64,000 bases of DNA, taken from NCBI GenBank assembly GCA_042408215.1, contig JAYFMW010000029.1:32001-96000 (forward strand), in the 5' to 3' direction. A program made the position numbers and the translations under genes. This document shows, in pieces, positions 1-11,276 of this stretch. The notes under the pieces were generated by a model, which saw only the letters and a list, made by a program, of their open reading frames with translations, was not told where the DNA came from and ran no database searches. This DNA is from Microcoleus sp. (GTDB lineage: Bacteria; Cyanobacteriota; Cyanobacteriia; Cyanobacteriales; Microcoleaceae). Position 1 is the first letter of the stretch. Every line of letters starts with the position of its first letter.

Positions 1-1
1 C

Positions 2-1501
2 TTTTTTCCAGAGGTTCACCGCAAAAGTGATTTTGTGTGGAGCGGGGTAGGACTTTTTTATGGGTTAATTTTATGGGCTTGTGCGGGGCGAATTACTGGT
101 GCTCTCCTGCTGGGTCAAATCGCGGGCGTCGCTCTGTTGGGCTGGTTAGCCTGGGAAACTCTGAGTTTGCGCCGACAAGTGACACCAATTGCTCAGCAAA
201 CGCCGATTCCTGATTTGGCCCTCTTTGATAACACCATGAAGGCTGTGGCTGGTGGGTCACTTCCGGGCTGGTTTGGCCAGAAAAAAGACACCGCGGCGAC
301 AAAACCTAAGTTTGTCAGAGCCCAGAAACCGAAAACTGAAGTTGTTCCCCCACCTGTTCCAGATAGGAGTGAACTCAAGGTAGAGGAACAGCCGACGACG
401 CCCCCAGTAGTTGAATTTATTTCCGAAAGTTCGATCGCACCCACTCCCGAAATTGCTCACGCTCCTGAGTTCCCAATTCCCGACTCAATCACACCCACAA
501 CTCAGCCAATACCGGTATGGTCGATCGAAACACCCGTTGCTGACACAACGCCAGCCCCTGTAGAATCAGCGCTACCGCACGAAACTCCGTTACCGCTAGA
601 AATTTCAGAAATGGTCGCCGGAGCCAATGTCGAGCCAGCAGAGGCTCAGCCAGAGGCTAAATTGCAGCAACAATTGGATGAATTCGACGACGAAATAGCA
701 GCAGAGTTGGTAGCCCCAGCGAGAGAGTCGCAGGCTGCTGTTTCCTCAACTCCCGCTTCCCCAACTCCCGCCAAAGTCTCTAAAAAATCCGCAGGTTTCG
801 GCAGTCTATTCGACAACATCAAAAATAGTCTCGGTGGTTTTTTAGGCAGAGGTTCCGATAAAAGCAAGTCTGCTGCAACTCCCCAGACGCTAACACCGAA
901 AGTTCCTCCAACTAAGATCGAGCCAGTAGCTGAAATACCCACAATTTCTGCACCGAATATTGACCAGATTCTCGAATCAGAATTAGCTGCTGTGGCTGTC
1001 GAAGCTACAGCAGAAACTAGCACTGCTGTTGAGGAAAGTCCAGGAGTGCCATTGGAATCCGATATCGAGACGGCAGAGTTGATGGCCACAGAAAGCGCCA
1101 GTTCTCCCGAAATAGGCGATCGGGCGATCGCACCCTCTGAAACTGAAGCCCAGACAAGCCCAGAAACTCAGGTTGCTGAAGACACAGAAGCCTCCGATAT
1201 ACCATTCGCAAAAGTCCCTAGTTCATCTCTAGAAAAGACAGTGGTAGAAGTGGTTTCAGTAACGGCTGTGAAGATTCACGAATCCGGGGATGCGATCGAC
1301 AGTTCCCCCAAACTGGAGGTAGAGGCAATTTCAATAGAGGTGATCTCGATCGAACCCACAGGCGACACACTATCTCAAAACGCAGAAAAACCTGAATTGA
1401 GTTCTCCAAATCCCCCAGATTCCGATCTTGTCAAAACGGCCACACCTGCTGTTGAATCTCAGTCTGAGCATATTTCCAGCCAACAGCCACCGACGGCATA
1501 A
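2..1501 (+). CDS. Ycf66-family protein with long Pro/Glu/Ser/Thr-rich C-terminus (5'-truncated by window)
   Basis: Frame is open from base 2 (FFPEVHRKSDFVWSGVGLFYGLILW...RITGALLLGQ), matching the Ycf66 N-terminal membrane motif. Confidence 0.75.
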   Translation, partial: FFPEVHRKSDFVWSGVGLFYGLILWACAGRITGALLLGQIAGVALLGWLAWETLSLRRQVTPIAQQTPIPDLALFDNTMKAVAGGSLPGWFGQKKDTAATKPKFVRAQKPKTEVVPPPVPDRSELKVEEQPTTPPVVEFISESSIAPTPEIAHAPEFPIPDSITPTTQPIPVWSIETPVADTTPAPVESALPHETPLPLEISEMVAGANVEPAEAQPEAKLQQQLDEFDDEIAAELVAPARESQAAVSSTPASPTPAKVSKKSAGFGSLFDNIKNSLGGFLGRGSDKSKSAATPQTLTPKVPPTKIEPVAEIPTISAPNIDQILESELAAVAVEATAETSTAVEESPGVPLESDIETAELMATESASSPEIGDRAIAPSETEAQTSPETQVAEDTEASDIPFAKVPSSSLEKTVVEVVSVTAVKIHESGDAIDSSPKLEVEAISIEVISIEPTGDTLSQNAEKPELSSPNPPDSDLVKTATPAVESQSEHISSQQPPTA

Positions 1502-1648
1502 AACACAAAACAAAAGGTAGAAATCAGAATTTTTTTGATTCTGCTTTCTACCTTCTACCTTCTACCTTCTACCTTCTGCCTTCTACCTTCGGAATTCGCG
1601 TTAGAATGGCAAAAATAATCACAAGTTTGTAGGTTAAATCAATAATAT

Positions 1649-3115
1649 ATGAAAGCAATTATGGTCGTGGGAACAACCTCTCACGCAGGAAAATCTTTAC
1701 TCGTTTCAGCTTTGTGTCGCATCTTTTCTCGGCGGGGCTGGCGAGTCGCCCCGTTTAAAGGTCAGAATATGGCACTGAATTCCTATGTCACTGCTGGTGG
1801 CGGAGAGATTGGCTACGCTCAAGCAGTTCAAGCTTGGGCCGCGGGCGTGGCTCCTTGGGTGGAAATGAATCCCATTTTGCTCAAGCCGCAAGGAGATATG
1901 ACTTCTCAATTAATTATCAAAGGCAGAGCCGTAGCCAATGTGCGAGCTGCTCAATATTACGAGCAGTATTTTGATATCGGCTGGCAAGCTATTAAGGAAT
2001 CTTTAGGATTTCTGAGTCAAGAATTTGACATGATTGTGTGCGAAGGAGCCGGCAGCCCTGCGGAGATTAATCTCAAGCACCGCGATTTAACAAATATGCG
2101 GGTAGCTAAATATTTGAATGCGAGGACTGTGCTAGTAGTGGATATCGATCGCGGCGGAGCTTTTGCTCACATTATCGGTACTTTGGAATTGCTCGAACCA
2201 GAGGAACGAGCCTTAATTAAAGGGTTTATTATTAATAAGTTTCGAGGTCAGAAATCGATCTTAGATCCAGGACTGACTTGGCTAGAAGAACGTACAGGCA
2301 TTCCGGTAGTTGGGGTGATTCCTTGGATAGACGAAGTGTTTCCGGCAGAAGATTCTCTCGATTTGCTCGATCGGCGTTCTCCAAATTCTCACACAGACCT
2401 GAATATTTCAGTCATCCGTTTGCCCCGAATTTCTAATTTTACCGACTTTGACCCGCTGGAGTCGGAAACTACTGTCACGGTCAAATATGTCAGCCCCAAA
2501 GACCAGTTAGGGCATCCAGATGCGGTAATTTTACCAGGCTCCAAAACGACAATTTCTGATTTGCAGGTGCTCCGACAAACCGGTATGGCAGAAGCGATTA
2601 AAAAATATTTAACTGCTGGCGGTACGGTGATGGGAGTTTGTGGCGGGTTTCAGATGCTGGGAGAAAGTATAGTCGATCGAGAAGGTCTTGAGGGAGAACA
2701 GGGAGAATTTCAAGGGTTGGGATTGTTACCTTTGAAAACTGCGATCGCCCCTCATAAAATTGCCCGCCAACGTACCGTAACTTCTAGCTATCCTCAACCG
2801 GGTTTACCAGTTTCCGGTTACGAAATTCACCAAGGAAGAACGCAAATGTTAGCATCAAATTTGACTGAACCACTGTTTGACGATCCTACTTTGGGAATGG
2901 TCAATAATTCCCAATCCATTTGGGGTACTTACTTGCACGGTGTTTTTGATAACGGAGCTTGGCGACGATCTTGGTTAAATCACTTGCGGCAGCAGCGAGG
3001 ATTGCGGGCCCTACCTACAGGAATTCCTAATTATAGGGAACATCGAGAAGCTCTTTTAGACGCTCTGGCTGATACCGTTGAAAAGCATTTAGATATCAAA
3101 CAGATTTTAGGGTAG
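1649..3115 (+). CDS. cobQ: Cobyric acid synthase
   Basis: GTTSHAGKS P-loop, PFKGQNM, EGAGSPAEINL, glutaminase GVCGGFQMLG, GYEIH, GTYLHG. Confidence 0.97.
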   Translation: MKAIMVVGTTSHAGKSLLVSALCRIFSRRGWRVAPFKGQNMALNSYVTAGGGEIGYAQAVQAWAAGVAPWVEMNPILLKPQGDMTSQLIIKGRAVANVRAAQYYEQYFDIGWQAIKESLGFLSQEFDMIVCEGAGSPAEINLKHRDLTNMRVAKYLNARTVLVVDIDRGGAFAHIIGTLELLEPEERALIKGFIINKFRGQKSILDPGLTWLEERTGIPVVGVIPWIDEVFPAEDSLDLLDRRSPNSHTDLNISVIRLPRISNFTDFDPLESETTVTVKYVSPKDQLGHPDAVILPGSKTTISDLQVLRQTGMAEAIKKYLTAGGTVMGVCGGFQMLGESIVDREGLEGEQGEFQGLGLLPLKTAIAPHKIARQRTVTSSYPQPGLPVSGYEIHQGRTQMLASNLTEPLFDDPTLGMVNNSQSIWGTYLHGVFDNGAWRRSWLNHLRQQRGLRALPTGIPNYREHREALLDALADTVEKHLDIKQILG

Positions 3116-3169
3116 TTATTAGTCATTAGTCAGCAGTCATTAGTCATTAGTAGCTTAGGTGAAGTTTGA

Positions 3170-3406
3170 ATGACAAAAATTTGTTTTTTACCAGAAAATG
3201 TAACAGTTGAAGCTGAACCGGGAGAGCTTTTGCTGGATGTAGCTAAACGTGCAGGAGTTTCTATTCCTACCGGCTGTCTCATGGGTTCTTGTCACGCTTG
3301 CGAAGTGGAACTGGAAGACGGAGAGATAATTTGTGCTTGTATTTCCGGTGTACCTTCGGGAAAAGAGCAAGTAACAATTAATCTTTATGTTGACCCGATT
3401 TGGTAA
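3170..3406 (+). CDS. Small 2Fe-2S ferredoxin-like protein
   Basis: CLMGSCHAC...C motif, 78 aa. Confidence 0.85.
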   Translation: MTKICFLPENVTVEAEPGELLLDVAKRAGVSIPTGCLMGSCHACEVELEDGEIICACISGVPSGKEQVTINLYVDPIW

Positions 3407-3755
3407 TTAGTCATTAGTCATTGGTCATTGGTCATTGGTCATTGGTAATTAGTCATTGGTCATTAGTCATTGGTCATTGGTCATTGGTCATTGGTCATTA
3501 GTCATTGGTCATTGGTCATTGGTCATTGGTCATTGGTCATTGGTCATTGGTCATTGGTCATTGGTCATTGGTCATTGGTCATTAGTCATTGGTCATTAGT
3601 CATTGGTCATTAGTCATTGGTCATTAGTCATTGGTCATTAGTCATTGGTCATTAGTCATTGGTCATTAGTCATTGGTCATTAGTCATTAGTCATTGGTCA
3701 TTAGTCATTAGTCATTGGTAATTGGTCATTGGTCATTGGTCATTAGTCATTGGTC
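3407..3755. repeat. Heptamer short tandem repeat (STRR) GTCATTG/GTCATTA, about 50 units
   Basis: Directly visible tandem array between convergent genes. Confidence 0.95.
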
Positions 3756-3849
3756 TATTTGTTGTTTGTAACACTCTACCAATTCCCGATGCTTCTAGGC
3801 CCGATGCCCTATTCCCAATGCCCCATGCCCCATTCCCCATTCCCAATCT

Positions 3850-5191
3850 TTAATTCTTTTGCCATTCTTTCTGTTTTTTGCGAGCCGATTGCAGCCATTT
3901 TTGCGCTTCTGGATAAACAGTTGTTCCTGGTTTAACTGATTCTAATTGGTTGATAATTTCCTGCAATAGTCCTAGGGCGTAACCAGGATTTTGACTGGTA
4001 GAATTTAGGTGAGTTTGGAAGTTTGCAAACAAGCTTTTAGCCTGATTGAAAGCTTCAACTGACTCTTTTTCGGCTTTCAGTCGAATCTGTGTAGTGCCTA
4101 AATTATTTTGATATTCAGCTAGTTTTGTTTGAGCGTTGAGATAGCCCGGATTATCAAAGGGAATTTGGCTGAGTCGTTCAATAGATTCTTGCCACAAATC
4201 TGCTATTTTTTGCCAACTTTCTGCTGAATGCGGAGGTTTCTGAGAGGCTACAGCGGCAGTTAAGGCAAATTCTTTAGCAGCTTCAATTAAGTTGTCCGCA
4301 CGCACCGAACCGGTGGCGACGCCGCCCATTGCTTGAAAGTCTCTTTCTGCTGCTTGGAGTTTTTTCCTAGCAGTTTCTCCGGCTAGGGTTTCTGGGGGAA
4401 TTTGATTGAGTTGGTCGATCGCACTTTGCCAATTTATGCTAGCTTTTTGTCTATCTGCCGCATTTTTTGCTTGCTGATACTGCTGTTTCGCAGCTGGTGA
4501 GGGTTTCTTCGACTTGAGTTAACTGAGTAAAAGCATTTTTTTGCTGGAAAATCTGGGCATCCATGCGCCCGATACTTTTGCGGGCTGCTTGAAATTCATC
4601 TACTGTAAAGCGCCAAGTACAGCCAAAAAAAGAGCAGTAGGTTTGTGGATAATAACCTAAAAACCAAACCGGCAAAGCGTCGAGGTGTTTTTGCGCTTGT
4701 TTTGCTTTGGTTTCGCCCAAGTCGAAATCCGCCGCAGCCGTGGCTTTATTGATTAATTGATCGGATTGTTCTACCAGGGCGATCGCCAGCCGGTAATTTT
4801 GATCCATACTGATAAAACTGGGCAACAATAATATCGGCATTGTCTTCGCAACTGGCCAGCGAATCATCGGAAATGGCAGGTTTAGCAGCCAAATTATCCC
4901 CGCCCCAGCCCCCAAAAAACCCCCAACCCAGAGAATTTTGCTGAACAATCCGGGCGGGCGGTTGGCTTTAACGGCATCTTTGAGAGCTTTTTCGCTGAAG
5001 TTGGGAAATTCATCTTTGAAAGTAGCGCGGATTTCTTCTATTGAGGCGAAAGTGCCATTTTGCGATCGCATTTTCTCCAGCCGCTTGAGTACCATACTCC
5101 GGTACACATTACCAGCTAAGCCATCAGCCGCAGCACACTTTTCAACTTCGGCCCGCAAAATTTCAAAAGCTCGATCGGTAAGACACCCCAT
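3850..5191 (-). pseudogene. Conserved membrane-anchored helical-repeat hypothetical protein split by one +1 frameshift near 4496
   Basis: ORFs 4451-5200 and 3850-4329 join into one frame (..VEETLT/AAKQQYQQAKNAADRQKASINW..AMGG) if one base is removed; may be a sequencing error. Confidence 0.7.
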
Positions 5192-5231
5192 AAAACTCAC
5201 CTATGCCCTTTTAATTATTTTACACTACGAC

Positions 5232-6040
5232 AGAAACTCAAGAAACAAGAAACTGGGTTTTTATCCAGATTATCTGCTGTCACGCGTCTTCTCTGAAAAA
5301 ACCCGGTTTCTGGCCACGCATCACAACTCAAGAAACTCAAGAAACCGGGTTTTTTGCAGTTTTTGGGTGGTGGAACGACATTCTCGGAAAAACCCGGTTT
5401 CTGGCCACGCATCACAACTCAAGAAACTCAAGAAACCGGGTTTTTTGCAGTTTTTGGGTGTGTAATTATATTTTCGGAAAAAACCCGGTTTCTGGCCACG
5501 CATCACAACTCAAGAAACTCAAGAAACCGGGTTTTTTGCTGTTTTTGGGTGGTGGAACGACATTCTCGGAAAAACCCGGTTTCTGGCCACGCATCACAAC
5601 TCAAGAAACTCAAGAAACCGGGTTTTTTGCTGTTTTTGGGTGGTGGAACGACATTCTCGGAAAAACCCGGTTTCTGGCCACGCATCACAACTCAAGAAAC
5701 TCAAGAAACCGGGTTTTTTGCTGTTTTTGGGTGGTGGAACGACATTCTCGGAAAAACCCGGTTTCTGGCCACGCATCACAACTCAAGAAACTCAAGAAAC
5801 CGGGTTTTTTGCTGTTTTTGGGTGGTGGAACGACATTCTCGGAAAAACCCGGTTTCTGGCCACGCATCACAACCAAGAAACTCAAGAAACCGGGTTTTTT
5901 GCTGTTTTTAGGCGGTGTAATTATATTTTCGGAAAAAACCAGGTTTCTGGCCACGCATACAACCAAAGAAACTAAAGAAACCGGGTTTTTTGCTGTTTTT
6001 GGGCGGTGTAAAGATCTTCTCGGAAAAAACCCGGTTTCTG
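5232..6040. repeat. Nine tandem 91-bp units, each with the inverted repeat AGAAACCGGGTTTTT...AAAAACCCGGTTTCT
   Basis: Marker CTGG recurs at 5310, 5401, 5492, 5583, 5674, 5765, 5856, 5947, 6038 (91-bp period). Confidence 0.95.
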
Positions 6041-6042
6041 GG

Positions 6043-6828
6043 CTACAAATACCGAGTTAATTGTACTCGATACCGTTCTTTTTTGGTAACAGCTACTTCT
6101 CCAATTTCCAATCTTCCCTTACCGCTAACAGCGATTAAATCTCCCGACTTGACATTATAACTAGCTTGAGTGATGTCTTTCCAGTTAACTCGCACATCGC
6201 CACTATCAATTAAATCTACCATTTTGCTGCGAGACATGGCGAATCCAGCAGATGCGACAGCATCCAATCTCATCGAGGCTTCAACTGTTGTCAATTCTTT
6301 CTTTTTCGGTTCTCTAATTTTGAGCTCAGTCAACTCAATGCGCCGAGTTTTCACGGGAACCGATCGCACCTGCTGTAAACTCATCTCCAAATACTCTACC
6401 ATCTCAGGCATGACAATGGCTTGGGCCCCGCGTTCGCCCAAAACAATCACATCGCCGGTTTTTTCCCGGACAATTCCCGTACCCAACATCGCCCCCAAAA
6501 AATCGCGGTGACTGGCTGTATCAAACAGGAAATTGCCAGCGATTTCTATCGCAGCAATATTAACACTAGCAGAGTCGATCGCAATTTCCGAGCGGGCGAT
6601 CGCAATTCTTTGTCTTTCAGCTTGCGGATAGCCGCCCCAAGCCACCAACTCCACATCACTCAAACGATTAAATACAACCTTAGCTTCCGCTAATTCAGGA
6701 GGCGACATAAAATCAGTCTGAGTAACTTCCCAATTTTTAATTGCTTGTTCAGCGCAATCAATCACTCGCGCCACGCATTCGCGATTTTCGATACCTTTTA
6801 ACAGTTCTTCTCTTTGCAAACTTGCCAT
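6043..6828 (-). CDS. Photosystem II S4-domain RNA-binding protein (YlmH/Sll1252 family)
   Basis: WGGYPQAERQR, HRDFLGA, C-terminal S4 motif SMRLDAVASAGFAMSRSK. Confidence 0.9.
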   Translation of the reverse strand: MASLQREELLKGIENRECVARVIDCAEQAIKNWEVTQTDFMSPPELAEAKVVFNRLSDVELVAWGGYPQAERQRIAIARSEIAIDSASVNIAAIEIAGNFLFDTASHRDFLGAMLGTGIVREKTGDVIVLGERGAQAIVMPEMVEYLEMSLQQVRSVPVKTRRIELTELKIREPKKKELTTVEASMRLDAVASAGFAMSRSKMVDLIDSGDVRVNWKDITQASYNVKSGDLIAVSGKGRLEIGEVAVTKKERYRVQLTRYL

Positions 6829-6840
6829 AATTAAATCAAC

Positions 6841-7620
6841 CTACAAAATATCACTTAAATCCAAAACAAAACCGGGTAATACATCTTCACCTGACAAAGT
6901 TGCAGGGGAAGATAAAATTTCCACATCTGAACCTTGACGGGAGATTTCAACTTGTCTATTTTTGCGATCGAGCAACCATCCCAACTTCGCTCCATTTTTG
7001 ATGTACACTTTCATTTTAGCGCGCAATTTTTCTAATGAATCGCTAGCCGATTCCCTACGGGATAGCTTCGCTTCACGCAATTCCACTACAAAATCAGGAC
7101 AAATCGGTGCAAATTTCTCTTTTTGTTCAGGAGTTAAAGCATCCCACCTATCGCGCCGCACCCAAGCAGCATCGGGAGAAATATCTGAACCATCGGGCAG
7201 TTTAAATCCACTAGAAGAGTCGAAAACAACTCCTAAATTGTTTTGACTACTCCAAGCTGTAAGTTGAAAGTTTAGGCCTGAATTGCAATTATACCAATTT
7301 TTTATGAAGCTGCATAGAATTCGATCCCCCCTAACCCCCCTTCTTAAGGGGGGGACAAGAGTCCAATCAAAGTCAACCCCTACTCCCCTTATTAAGGGGG
7401 ATTTAGGGGGATCGGAATATGTGCAACGACCCATTAAATTGGTATTACCCGTTTCGCTACCCGTAGGTGGCATGATAATTAATTCTCCATTAGCAGTACG
7501 TTCAAATTTTAAATCCCGGTTTTCTTGACACAACTGAAAAAACTGCTCGTCAGTTAATTCGAGCGTTAATTCTAGTGGAGAATTCAGGGGGATAGTTGAT
7601 GATTCCATAACTCTCTCCAA
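6841..7620 (-). CDS. Uma2/DUF820 family endonuclease carrying two in-frame insertions
   Basis: FERTANGELIIMPP, FDSSSGFKLP, SPDAAW, CPDFVVELR, GEDVLPGF motifs. Confidence 0.9.
   Translation of the reverse strand: MERVMESSTIPLNSPLELTLELTDEQFFQLCQENRDLKFERTANGELIIMPPTGSETGNTNLMGRCTYSDPPKSPLIRGVGVDFDWTLVPPLRRGVRGDRILCSFIKNWYNCNSGLNFQLTAWSSQNNLGVVFDSSSGFKLPDGSDISPDAAWVRRDRWDALTPEQKEKFAPICPDFVVELREAKLSRRESASDSLEKLRAKMKVYIKNGAKLGWLLDRKNRQVEISRQGSDVEILSSPATLSGEDVLPGFVLDLSDIL
7052..7075 (-). mobile_element. 24-bp short dispersed repeat inserted in a HIP1-like site
   Basis: Removing TGAAGCGAAGCTATCCCGTAGGGA restores GCG^ATCGG and the Uma2 motif ELRSASD. Confidence 0.75.
7292..7444. mobile_element. 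153-bp MITE, terminal inverted repeats TACCAATTT/AAATTGGTA, TTA duplication
   Basis: TTA at 7289-7291 and 7445-7447; excision restores ETGNCNSGL. Confidence 0.85.
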
Positions 7621-7801
7621 AGATTACACGATTCGGGCAAAATATCCTGGGGATGGTGAAGTAAGTCTGTCTAAAATTAAAGGCTTTTAACATTAATTGT
7701 CGCCGACTTGCTTCACCCCTACATTTCTGAAAAAGCTTGAGATCCTTTGTTAGAGATGTCTAATGACTGCTGACTAATGACTGCTGACTAATGACTAATA
7801 A

Positions 7802-8308
7802 CTAAGTCTCTGTATAACCTTGCATATTTTCCGGTTCAAACTGCCGCAAAATATTAGCAGCCTTTCCAGTCAAATCATCAGTACCCTTCACCGCAATCAA
7901 AAACTTACCTGCATTCAAACGGTTGCGGTAGGGTAAAGCGTCGCCACTACCAAAAGCCATGCCGCCGGCTCCTCCAACAAAAACACTGCCCATCGCACCG
8001 GCGATCGCACCTAGTACGCCACCGATCGCGTGATCGCCAATTTCTCCCGCCCAAGCAAAAGTCTTCAACTCAGTAATCAGACTGAAAGTACAACCAGCAA
8101 TAAACCCAAAGGGCACGAGCCAAATAGCCATGAGTTTAGCTTGTTTCTTCGCTTGCTGGTTGGGGTCGATTAAGCCAAATTCATCAGCAGTTTTGTAGCC
8201 GCGGCCCAAAATGCTGACTTGTTTCATCGGTAAGCCTTCTTTTTCTAGAGCACAGTAAGCTGCTTCGGCTTGCATTCGATCGGGCAGTACGGCAATAAGA
8301 TAATTCAT
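7802..8308 (-). CDS. Conserved cyanobacterial membrane hypothetical protein
   Basis: ORF with two Gly-rich hydrophobic segments; ATG start MNYLIAV. Confidence 0.75.
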   Translation of the reverse strand: MNYLIAVLPDRMQAEAAYCALEKEGLPMKQVSILGRGYKTADEFGLIDPNQQAKKQAKLMAIWLVPFGFIAGCTFSLITELKTFAWAGEIGDHAIGGVLGAIAGAMGSVFVGGAGGMAFGSGDALPYRNRLNAGKFLIAVKGTDDLTGKAANILRQFEPENMQGYTET

Positions 8309-8591
8309 TAAACACAATTCCTGATAGTTCAGCTAAGATAGCTAAAATGTATTATAACCCGAAAAGACTTACTAGCTAAGCAGTTCGGGGATTTGAAGGC
8401 GGTTTGAGAGTGAGATCGACCCGAAACCTAAAATCTTTCCAGCAAAAAACTGCCGATCAAGACAGAATGCAGATACAATTCAAACTGCACAAAGGCAAGC
8501 TTAAGCTGAGCTGTAATATCCGGCTCCAAGTCTAAGCCTCAACTTTGATCGCGCTCAGCCTATTGTTACTGATTCCACTCAATTGCTTGCT

Positions 8592-10175
8592 ATGCCTAAA
8601 GTTCTAGTATCCGATCCGATCGACCAAGCCGGAATTGACATCCTCTCCCAAGTCGCCCAAGTTGATGTCAACACAGGACTGTCAGCAGCAGAACTGGTAC
8701 GAATTATTCCAGATTACGACGCTTTAATGATCCGTTCTGGCACCCAAGTTACCAAAGAAATCATTGAAGCCGGGAATTCACTCAAAATCATCGGCCGCGC
8801 CGGCGTCGGCGTAGACAATGTAGATGTACCCGCCGCCACTCGTAAAGGAATTGTAGTCGTCAATTCCCCCGAAGGTAACACGATCGCCGCCGCCGAACAC
8901 GCGATCGCCATGATGCTCTCGATGTCCCGCCACATTCCAGAAGCCAACGCATCTGTCAAAAGTGGTAAATGGGAACGCAATCGCTTCCTCGGCGTAGAAG
9001 TTTACAAAAAAACCCTCGGCATCGTCGGTTTGGGCAAAATCGGCTCCCACTTCGCCACCGCAGCCAAAGCAATGGGCATGAAGCTGCTGGCCTACGATCC
9101 ATTCATTTCCGCCGAAAGAGCCGAACAGTTGGGCTGTCGCTTAGTAGAACTCGAATTGCTGATGCGCGAATCCGACTACATCACCCTGCACATTCCCAAA
9201 ACCCCGGAAACCCTGCACCTAATTAACGCTGAGGTGCTGTCGAAGATGAAGCCTACGGCCCGCATCATTAACTGTGCCAGAGGTGGCATCATCGACGAAG
9301 CAGCCCTGGCAGATGCGATAAAATCAGGCAAGATCGCCGGCGCAGCTTTGGACGTTTACGAACACGAGCCGCTCGAAGCCGATTCCCCCCTGCGGACTGT
9401 TGGCCAAAACATCGTGCTGACACCACACTTGGGAGCATCGACAGCCGAAGCTCAGGTGAATGTGGCGATCGACGTTGCTGAACAAATTCGCGATGTACTG
9501 TTGGGATTGCCGGCGCGATCGGCTGTCAACATACCAGGAATTTTCCCAGACTCGATCGAAAAACTCAAACCCTACCTGCAACTCGCCGAAACCCTCGGCA
9601 ACCTCGTCAGCCAGCTAGCCGGCGGCCGAGTCGATTACCTCAACGTCCAACTCCAAGGTGAATTAGCAAATAATCAAAGCCAGCCCGTAGTCGTCGCCGC
9701 CCTCAAAGGCTTGCTCTTCCAAGCCCTGCGAGAGCGCGTTAACTACGTCAACGCCAGCATCGAAGCCAAAGAACGCGGAATTCGCGTCGTCGAAACCAGA
9801 GACGCCTCTATTCGCGACTACACCGGCTCTCTGCACCTGATGGCCAAGGGAACCCTCGGCGAACACACCGTCACCGGTGCTGTACTCGGCGAAAACGAAA
9901 TTCGGATTACCAGCGTTGACGAATTCCCAGTCAACGTTTCCCCCACTCACCATATGTTATTTACCTTGCACCGCGATATGCCGGGAATAATTGGCAAAAT
10001 TGGTTCCCAGTTGGGCAGTTTTAATGTCAATATTGCCAGTATGCAGGTGGGCCGTAAAATCGTGCGTGGTGATGCGGTGATGGTTCTGAGTCTCGACGAC
10101 CCTCTACCAGAGGGGATTTTGGCTGAAATCATCAAAGTTCCGGGGATTCGGGATGCTTACACGGTAAATCTTTGA
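8592..10175 (+). CDS. serA: D-3-phosphoglycerate dehydrogenase
   Basis: GRAGVGVDN, GLGKIG, NCARGG, TPHLGAST, C-terminal ACT domain. Confidence 0.97.
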   Translation: MPKVLVSDPIDQAGIDILSQVAQVDVNTGLSAAELVRIIPDYDALMIRSGTQVTKEIIEAGNSLKIIGRAGVGVDNVDVPAATRKGIVVVNSPEGNTIAAAEHAIAMMLSMSRHIPEANASVKSGKWERNRFLGVEVYKKTLGIVGLGKIGSHFATAAKAMGMKLLAYDPFISAERAEQLGCRLVELELLMRESDYITLHIPKTPETLHLINAEVLSKMKPTARIINCARGGIIDEAALADAIKSGKIAGAALDVYEHEPLEADSPLRTVGQNIVLTPHLGASTAEAQVNVAIDVAEQIRDVLLGLPARSAVNIPGIFPDSIEKLKPYLQLAETLGNLVSQLAGGRVDYLNVQLQGELANNQSQPVVVAALKGLLFQALRERVNYVNASIEAKERGIRVVETRDASIRDYTGSLHLMAKGTLGEHTVTGAVLGENEIRITSVDEFPVNVSPTHHMLFTLHRDMPGIIGKIGSQLGSFNVNIASMQVGRKIVRGDAVMVLSLDDPLPEGILAEIIKVPGIRDAYTVNL

Positions 10176-10345
10176 AGTATTTTGGATTTGAGATCTTAAA
10201 TGCCAGGACTGATAATTGGTAATGGGCAATTGTTAATGGGTAATTAGCAAGACAACTGGGAATTTTTCCATGAGTCAATCCTCATTGCCAAGTCCCAGTC
10301 TCTCTCCCCCAATCTACACTCTAAAATCTCAAATCTAAAATCGTT

Positions 10346-11236
10346 ATGGCACATAGCTGGTGGGAAATTCGAGTTCTTTGCGATCCGGCGTTGGAAGATA
10401 TCATCTTCTGGCGTCTGGAAATGTTCGGCTGTCAGGGAAGTGTCAGTCAGATGAAAAGCAATTCTTGTTTGATGTCGGCTTACCTCCCGGAAGAAAAAGC
10501 CCAATTGTTGGATTTGGCCGCCCTGTCGCTGTGGCTGCGCCAAGATGCCCTGTGCGCGGGTTTACCTTTACCAGCTATGCAGTGGGATTTGATTGAGGAA
10601 GAGGATTGGGGCAGCACTTGGAAGCAGCATTGGCAGCCTCAAGAAATTGGCGATCGCTTTTTAGTTTATCCGGCTTGGCTACCAGTACCAAGTAATTCCG
10701 ATCGCCTCATTTTGCGTTTAGATCCCGGTATAGCTTTCGGTACCGGTGCTCACGCTACTACTCAACTTTGTCTGGAGTCGCTGGAAATGCGGATCGGTTT
10801 TGATGACAAAGAGTGTGTAGTTGCCGATATTGGCTGCGGATCGGGTATTTTGTCGATCGGCGCTGTGTTATTGGGCGCCACAAAAGTTTATGCTCTGGAT
10901 ACAGACCCTTTGGCAGTGCGATCGACCATTAGCAACAGACAACTCAACCGCGTTAACCCGCAGCAGTTGGTTACAGAACTCGGCAGTGTCGATCGGCTGA
11001 AAGAAATGGTAGACGAGCCTTTAGACGGTTTCATCTGCAACATTTTAGCAGAAGTAATCATTGATTTAATCCCGCAGTTCACTTCAATTAGCAAACCCAC
11101 GACTTGGGCCGTGCTCAGCGGCATTTTGCTCGAACAAGCCAAGCCAATTGCTGATACTCTCGAACAGCACGGTTGGATTGTGGCTACTCTGTGGAAGCGC
11201 CAAGATTGGTGTTGTTTTAATATTCGGCGAAGTTAA
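10346..11236 (+). CDS. prmA: Ribosomal protein L11 methyltransferase
   Basis: [30 protein letters not shown]. Confidence 0.95.
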   Translation: MAHSWWEIRVLCDPALEDIIFWRLEMFGCQGSVSQMKSNSCLMSAYLPEEKAQLLDLAALSLWLRQDALCAGLPLPAMQWDLIEEEDWGSTWKQHWQPQEIGDRFLVYPAWLPVPSNSDRLILRLDPGIAFGTGAHATTQLCLESLEMRIGFDDKECVVADIGCGSGILSIGAVLLGATKVYALDTDPLAVRSTISNRQLNRVNPQQLVTELGSVDRLKEMVDEPLDGFICNILAEVIIDLIPQFTSISKPTTWAVLSGILLEQAKPIADTLEQHGWIVATLWKRQDWCCFNIRRS

Positions 11237-11276
11237 CAATCCGAGATTTTCGATACATATATTAGTAATAGAGTTC

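Noticed and set aside
5232..6040. CRISPR array
   Set aside because: Spacer-like loops are mostly identical, the period is 91 bp, the arms are a dispersed repeat, and there are no cas genes in the window
4938..6060. Overlapping ORFs across the 91-bp array
   Set aside because: Translations of tandem repeats in many frames; no coding signal
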